The notes under the pieces were generated by a model, which worked only from the letters and a program-made list of their open reading frames with translations, had not been told where the DNA came from and ran no database searches. A stretch of 64,000 bases of DNA, taken from contig OX597838.1 in NCBI GenBank assembly GCA_951406725.2, positions 42,284,001-42,348,000 on the forward strand. Reading direction: 5' to 3'. Both the position numbers and the translations under genes were made by a program. The DNA comes from Octopus vulgaris. Lineage: Eukaryota. Of this stretch, positions 56,545-64,000 are shown piece after piece (within the stretch, counting starts at the first letter, position 1; every line of letters begins with the position of its first letter).

Positions 56545-57650
56545 TACTTCATGTAGATCCCTCAGATATTTTGGCATGTAGGTCTTTCTGTAGAAGATAA
56601 GCATCAAAAGGTACCTTGACTGCTTGTACTACTTTTGGGTTATCACCATAGCTTGTAAGTGGGGTTGTCTGTTTAACTGATGGCATGTGCAAAAGAGCCA
56701 CCATAAACAGCAGCAACCCCAAGACATTTCCCTGAGGCACTCCACTCTTTACTATTGTCTCCCTGGAGAGGGTTCCATTGGCTGTCCAAATCTAGCTTCT
56801 GTCTTTTCAGAAGCCATCTAACCACTTCCCCAACTATGCCAAGTCTCTGTAGCTTGTGACATACCATCCCATGATTAACCTCACCAAAGGCCTTTGCAAA
56901 ATTAAGACATACCACATCCACATTGGAGGGATTCATCAGTGGTTTCAATTTCCAGGCATAATGCTGCTGTGGCTGTATAAGGCAGCAAGTTATTATCTTC
57001 AAGGAGCGGAATGAGTTTCTTCCTGACAATGCGTTCCATGACTTTGCCAAAAGGGGAGCTTAGAGGGAAAGGTCTATAGTCTTTAGCATCTGCTCAGCTG
57101 CCGCCTCATTTATGGACAGGGCAACATGTCTTCCTTTTACTCAGTTGTGAGGAAGCTTCATCAGACGATCTGTAGTGGGTCTTGCTAGAGCCCTTTTGCA
57201 TTTCTTTAGAATTGTTGGCAATCTATCAGGGCCTGTGGTTGATATTACATCAAATACTTCCATTTTGATGTTATCACTTAATTGCCATCGCTTTGTGGCA
57301 AGAACTCATCAGGCACAGCGATATGCAAATGTCCCAATAGAGTTGTGAAAAGATTCTTATATTGCACATAACCTCTCGGGGTCTGCAGTTGGAAAGCCAA
57401 TTTCCTCAAGCAGTGGCCCTATCTTGCACCATATTGAAAGAGCTCTCTTGTGAATCGATAGAAGTCTTTAGTTTGTCCTTACATTTTTGACAGCCCCGGC
57501 TTCCTTCCCCTACCCTCTCCTTTTCATGGGACTATTTGAGACTTTTGCTCATCTTCTCATTAGAATCCTCCCATCCCTGGCAATGGTATTTCTCTGCTGT
57601 TTTAACACTCTCTCTGGAGCAAACTTACTGCACATATAATGCAGGTTTGT
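56545..57650 (-). mobile_element. Decayed CR1/L2-clade LINE RT fragment
   Basis: NVDVVCLNFAKAFGEVNHG...KL..LGI.G; SGVPQGNVLGLLLF; SYGDN (degenerate YADD). Confidence 0.8.
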
Positions 57651-58156
57651 GCAGCAGCGTTATGTCAATATCTTGTGTAGAGAAACTGGTAGACCAGTTT
57701 TGTTGATCTCTTTCTCAATACCATTTCAATCAGCTTATATATATATACACATCATCTTCCATCCTTGCACAGGGGCCGGATGGTTTGACAGGAGCCACCC
57801 GGGTTCCCAATCCTCTGCTTTAGCATGGTTTCCACAGCTGGACACACTTCCACTTTACAAAGTGCTTTTATGCAACACCGACACCCACAAACCTGCAAGA
57901 TGAGGATCACTCAGCTGAAGGGGAGGGAGGATATGCCTGTATGCAAGGACAACCCCCACTTCACTTACCAGCTGTTAACCTTGACCTATACATAAACGGT
58001 TTCAGCATATCGAACTTCAAAATGGGAAAAGCCTACAACCTTCGACACCAATAAATTAATATGGTTCCTGAACAGTTTTGCATACCTACCACAGGCTGCT
58101 TACAAACTTCCAACACCCACACACACAATGTATTATATATAAATGCAACAGATTTA

Positions 58157-58319
58157 GGCGCAGGATTGGCTGTGTGGTAAAGTAGCTTGCTTACGAACCA
58201 CATGGCTCTGGGTTCAGTCCCACTGTGTGGCACCTTGGGCAAGTGTCTTCTACTATAGCCTCAGGCCGACCAAAGCCTTGTGAGTGGATTTGGTAGACGG
58301 AAACTGAAAGAATCCCGTC

Positions 58320-58371
<52 letters not shown>

Positions 58372-58562
58372 TTGTCCCTCCCAACATTGCTCGACAACCG
58401 ATGCTGGTGTGTTTACGTCTCCGTAACTTAACGGTTTGGCAAAAGAGACCGATAGAATAAGTACTAGGCTTACAAAGAATAAGTCCTGGGGTCTATTTGC
58501 TCGACGAAAGGCGGTGCTCCAGCATGGCCGCAGTCAAATGACTGAAACAAGTAAAAGAGTAA
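58157..58562 (+). mobile_element. Full-length family A SINE; partial copies near 25400(-), 29255, 41050(-), 48975, 49800, 51240(-), 53420(-), 59640
   Basis: Similarity to 13433 and 33548 copies. Confidence 0.88.
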
Positions 58563-60292
58563 AGGGAGAGATACATATATCAAAAGCCAATTTGCCTAGT
58601 TTGGGAGAATTTGATTCCTGCTAATCTTCCTAGGTCGCTAAGTTCAAACCCTGTCAGAGCCAACTTAGATTTTCCCCTATTTTCTGTATCAATATCACCA
58701 CCAGATCTATACTGGGGTCAGTTATGGACAGGGATGGGCTCCGTCATATTTGAAAATGACTGACTGCATGTCATAACATTGCCATTACAAGTCCATCAAA
58801 GTGTTGAGGCTCCAAGTGGATGGTCTGTTGAAACAACTTTCTCAGTGTATATTCCACCATTGGAACATTCCATGATAGAAATATAAAATTTATTAAAAGG
58901 CTTTTGTAGTCTACAAGAAATTTGGGATTTTTTTTTTCATAGAGAAGACTAGAAACTTCTGTCAGCCAAAACAGGAAGCAGTTCTGGGAATTCTCAGTAG
59001 AAGTGGTTGGCTAATTCATTGGCATGTGATTAATTGATAGATATCCTCCCATACTTTCTTATTTCTGCTGAATCCCCCTTCCCAACCACCATTTTGTAAT
59101 TAGCAGCCCTCCTCCCATGACCTCTGACTTCAACCCAGCCACTGTGCATCCCTCTCACTCACCTGCCCATCTTATTTCACACTATCTGCCATATTTTATC
59201 TGACTCACACCTACTTCCGCCACCTTTCCTCACAATATTCAGGATTGACCTTACCTCCACCCATGTCCACCACTGCCCTTTCTGGGTATACCCCAATGCA
59301 TCTTCACCACCATCCATCCCCTCTTCCAACTGGGGTAACCATGTCTCCCCTACAGCAAGACCTACCTGTTCCTGTCACCCTATCATACTTCAGTCTCTCA
59401 GCATCCTGCATTAAGCCACCTCCCCAGTTAAGGGATTCTATCTCGGTGCTGGTAACTGGTAAAAAGTTCCCAGCATACACTCTAAAGTGATTGACATAAG
59501 GATGGGCATCCAGCTGTAGAAACTATGCCAAAGCAGATAGAGCTTGGAACAGTCCACTGGCTTGCCAAACTGTCCAACCCATACCAGTATGGAAAAATGG
59601 ATGTTAAATGATGGTAACAATATACAGCTATAACAGTTGTGTGGTTAAAAAGGTGGCTTCTCAAGCACATGGTTCTGGGTTCAGTCCCATGGTGTGGCAC
59701 CTTGGGCAATCGTCTTCTACTATAACCCCAGGACAACCAATGCCTTGTGAGTGGATTTGCTAGACAAGGACCGAAGCTTACCACTGTGTGTGTGTTATGT
59801 GTGTCATTGTTTGCAAACTATCACTTGACATCAAGGCAATCGTCAGCATAATGTAAGCAATGGTGTTTGTTTAATAAAAAAACCTGTCAGCCATGGAGAA
59901 AGACTCTCTTGCTAGAACAAAAGTAAGGATTGGCAACAGAAAGAGCATCCGGCTGTAGAAAATTCACCTGAACAAATTTTGTCCAACCTAAGTCAGCATC
60001 GAAAAATGGATGATGATGATGATGATGGCAGCAATAGTCTTAAGGGACTCATATTCTGCACTGGATGGTGGAGTGCGTATGTGTGGCTACTACTGAGCCT
60101 CAACTTTTTTGTGTCGCACATCAAAGTGCATATATTTACATATAAATCTGCTGTTAAAGAAACATAAAAAGGATAATCCATAAATGATAAGCAAATAGGT
60201 TGTTGTGCTGCCATCATTATGGTAAACACCAAAGATGCTGCTACTGTTGAAACATCAATAAGCAAAAAAAAAAAAAAAATCCAGCCTTTTAA

Positions 60293-61377
60293 CCCTTTCG
60301 TTACTATATTTCTGACCAAATTACACCCCTTATGTGTTTCAATTAATTTCTAACGTAATCATAAATTTAGTCTGGTTTCATTAAACAACTATAACTTTTT
60401 TATTTATCGATATATCAATCTGATTTTTGGAAGATAATTTAATGAAATATTCTCAACCAATTCTATACTATAATTTTTGTTACAAAGTGACTCTAATTGC
60501 AGGTAGATACAGGTAAATTCCACAAAATATAAAATTATTAAAATTTTGTTCAAACATCGCTATAGAAAATGGGTTATTAGCTAATATTCAATTGGGTATA
60601 CAACAAAATTTTACGATAGAATTTGTTATTCTGGGTAACTTTCTGATACCCATAATAATATTTACGGCAAAATAGTCTTAATTTCATTTAAGGTTGAGGG
60701 AAACCACAAACTATCGTTTCTTTTGCTTTGTTTACGTTTAGCGTAACGGTTCGTCTCCGCTGTAATGATTTCAAATAGGCTCATTCGAAAAAGTAAAAAG
60801 AAATAGTCTAAGGCTTTACTCTTCTGGGAAAGTCTGTGGCTTGGTCCAGTTTCTTCAGAGAAATCACCGAAAGAAACAGTTTTTAAATTTTCACTCCCTT
60901 CAGGTGCCAATTCGTTTTCTTTATCGCTATCGGAGATCTCAGATTCACTGTTTTCACTTTCGGAAAATGAAACATCAGATTCATCATCAAATACCACATG
61001 CTTTTTTTTTCAGTCATAGAGTTAGATTTATGAAGGTCTTCAGTAGAAAATCCTTCGAATTCTGACTCGCTGCTTGATATAATGAAATTTGTATCCATTT
61101 TTTGTCAGAATTACAAATTTTGAAAACACAATAGGAACAAATTTCGGAAAAAAATCTCCCAAAATTCACGGAATTAAAATTACACTTCGATTATTGTACA
61201 AAACTGTAGTTGAACTGTTTACGAAGTATAATACGTGTTTTCACGAATGTACTGAAGAGATTTGCTCTGATATTCTCATTTAAATATGAATAGGTAAATT
61301 CGGGCGGCTTTGGGCGGTTTGGTTTCATAAACCAAAATTTTGTTCGGGTGGCTTTGGGTGGTTTGGTAACGAAAGGG
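60293..61377 (-). mobile_element. Internally deleted piggyBac element retaining the transposase N-terminus
   Basis: TTAA TSDs at 60289-60292 and 61378-61381; TIRs CCCTTTCGTTAC / GTAACGAAAGGG; frameshifted ORF from 61098 with an acidic N-terminus and ALDYFFLLF..LFEIITAETNRYA...W.P.TLNEIK. Confidence 0.92.
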
Positions 61378-64000
61378 TTAAGGGCCTCAGCAAAAATTCC
61401 ATTCCATTCCTCAGCTCATACTAATAAATCACTCCCAAAACTAATTAACTGAAACACATAAGCCAGTATTGATTCTGTTCCTAATTGCTCGTATCTGTCA
61501 ATTTCCCAGTAGAAAGTTTCCCTTTTTCTCATCCTTGCAAAATCCCAGGTAATAAAGTAATATTTGTGCAGCTAGTACACGGTTTTTCATAATGAGTAGG
61601 TTAACTTATAGTTGCCGATGCAGGTGCTCTCTTTTTCTTTATTAAACACATTTGTAACCATTCCCTATTTGCTTATCTAATTGCAAACAGACCTTCCCTT
61701 GAAACTTTCACCACACTTGTCCAAATTGCTCAACTGGATCAGAAGTCTTAAGGAATTCAGTACTACAGATTTTAATAAAATGACCAAAGTGTGTGTATTC
61801 TTGTATCAAGTCACCAGTTGAAATACTGCCAAGCATGTTGTTTCAGGGGAATTAATGCCATAATAATAATAATAATATCCATGCAAGTTCTATTCCTCCT
61901 CCACAACCAGAAGACTGGTTTGGTGAACTAGTGGAGGAAAAGTAGCCAAAAGGGATGAGATAACCAGAGACAAAGCCAATAATACATTCACAGAAATGAC
62001 CAGACTGCAGTAGTTGTTGACACAGGAGTTATGAAGGACTGTAATCCCAAGAAACCAACCCAGTACTAAAGGAATCCCAAATTGAGGACACTTGTCAGTG
62101 GAGTTAAAAAGAGTATCCCACCATAGAAACCATGTTAAAGCAGACACAAGAGACCAACACAGCCCTCACACCCTCCTCCAACTGATGCCAACCTGGACAT
62201 TAAATGGTGAGGATGATTTTATTCCAACGATTTCCACTTGTCAACACGCATGTGTTTGCCATGTGCACACATCCACGCATTCAGACAGTAAACACAAGCT
62301 GCAATCTCAGTTAATGAGCATCTGCCAATGAAGAGTAAGGTGAAGCAGAGAAAGCCAGTGTTTGGAGAGCAGCAATTGGAATGGAGGGAAATTCAGTTAA
62401 AAATCTTTTTTTTTCACCAAATGTATATGGGGGGGGGGGGACTGGAAAAGAAAAAGAAGATTTCTGGAAAAGAAACTGAAAAAGAATCATGATAGAAAAA
62501 GAGATGCAATTATTTCTTTTATTTTTCTCAAAAGACAAAATGATGCAGAGGGGGAAACAAATTCAAGAGAAAATCTAGAGAAAATAATTTAGAAAAAGCC
62601 TATTGAATTAAAAAATCAAGTTGTCATTGACAAGGTGAATTGGTTGGAGACGTTGGGTCAATCTTCTGATAGCAAGGCTAAAAGCAGTTGTCACTTGAGT
62701 TTTTAATATAGGTTTGGTGGTGGTGGTGGTGGTGACGGTGGTGGTGGTGGTGATAGTAGTGATTAGCTACAAGAGGAAACGGAGAGGAAAATGAAAATAC
62801 AGAGCAACGACAATGAAAAACAGAAAAAGAGAGAGAGAGAGCACATGTGATAAAGAATAGAAAGAGTAAAATGTGGCAGATACATACATACACACACATA
62901 TATATATATATACACATACACCTACACATACAAAAATTAAAAATGTTAAGAATTAAGACTAGTAACAAAAATGAAATGAGTGAAGAGATCAGAAAGTCTG
63001 AAAAAAAGTAATTCTATAGAAACTGAGAAACCTGCCACCACCAAACCATCCACACACACATCCACACAAAATGACAAATCCACTTTATCAAAAGACAACA
63101 AACTATCTTACAGAAGAAAGAGAGAAAGAACAGAAAAGAAAAGAAAAATAAGGCCAATGGATTTATACAGATGCTTCTTTTAAACAGCGAAGACCAATCA
63201 TTCTTGGATGAAAGAAGATAATATTGAGATTATATAGAATGGACAGACGGATGCCTGCACTAAACCACTGCTGCCACCAATGTTGGTCGGTGATGAGTTT
63301 TTTGCTGTTGTTGGTTACTAATATCCTACAAAAATTTCCTTTAAGATCCCAGCAATCTTTTATCTCCCTTCTCTTTCTTGACTTATCCTCACTCTTTTAA
63401 ACATTAAGAGATAAAAACAGTGGCTCATTGCTGAGAACTGCAGTCTGATATATAAAAAAAAAAAAACGATGCTGGTTTACAAGAGGAGAGTTTACAGTTC
63501 AGAGCTAAATCAGAAAGTTTCAGGTCAAGGAAAAAAAAAAAATAAAAACCAAAATGTCAACTACTCATGGCAGGCAGAAACACAGTAGTAGCAATGCAGA
63601 GAAAGAGACAGACAGACAGACAGAGAGAGACTACATAAACTTCTTTTAAACACAATAACCAACAGTTTATGCAGTTCTCTTTCCTCTTCTTGTAGTTAAG
63701 TTTTTTTTTGGTTTTTTTCTTTAAGGGGAGGTGTTTTGGCATTGTTTTTAAAAAAAATGTCACTTAATTCAGTTTACATTCCATGCTTCAAAATAGTTTC
63801 AATACTAGTTGCAAACATCATTGACTAAGCTTTTTCTCTTCTTTTCCCACCATCCCCTTTATTTGCCCACTATTACTGTACATTTAATTCTGCCACTGAT
63901 CACGTGACAGACAGAAAAGAAAAAAGTCCCCCCCACCCACCCATGTATTTGTAAAACATTAAAGATGGCCCAAAAGCTCATACAACTGGCCATTAAATAC

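Noticed and set aside
62300-64000. Transposon-poor purine-rich stretch that looks like a UTR or gene end
   Set aside because: No supportable ORF, exon boundaries or motif; needs the adjacent window or RNA-seq

Overview
AT-rich, microsatellite- and transposon-dense animal genomic DNA. The SINE/RTE repeat families look to me like those of Octopus (coleoid cephalopod); this is from recollection, not a database search. The main content is one + strand gene for an NCLX/SLC8B1-type (CCX clade) cation/Ca2+ exchanger. I traced 15 phase-consistent coding exons from 10352 to 38588 (550 codons plus stop; the N-terminal exon or exons are uncertain), with both alpha-repeat motifs (GNGAPD, GNSLGD). Two of its introns are U12-type (GTATCCTT donor plus CCTTAAC-like branch site). 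The rest is SINEs, RTE/CR1/Tx1 LINE remnants, mariner and piggyBac remnants, MITEs and four long foldback palindromes. Several short repeats fold into minimal type-I hammerhead-ribozyme-like motifs (Penelope-like). There is also a candidate minus-strand TATA/Inr/CRE-bearing spliced transcript (about 51969 to 41430) converging on the exchanger gene. Most ORFs in the supplied track are simple-repeat artefacts.
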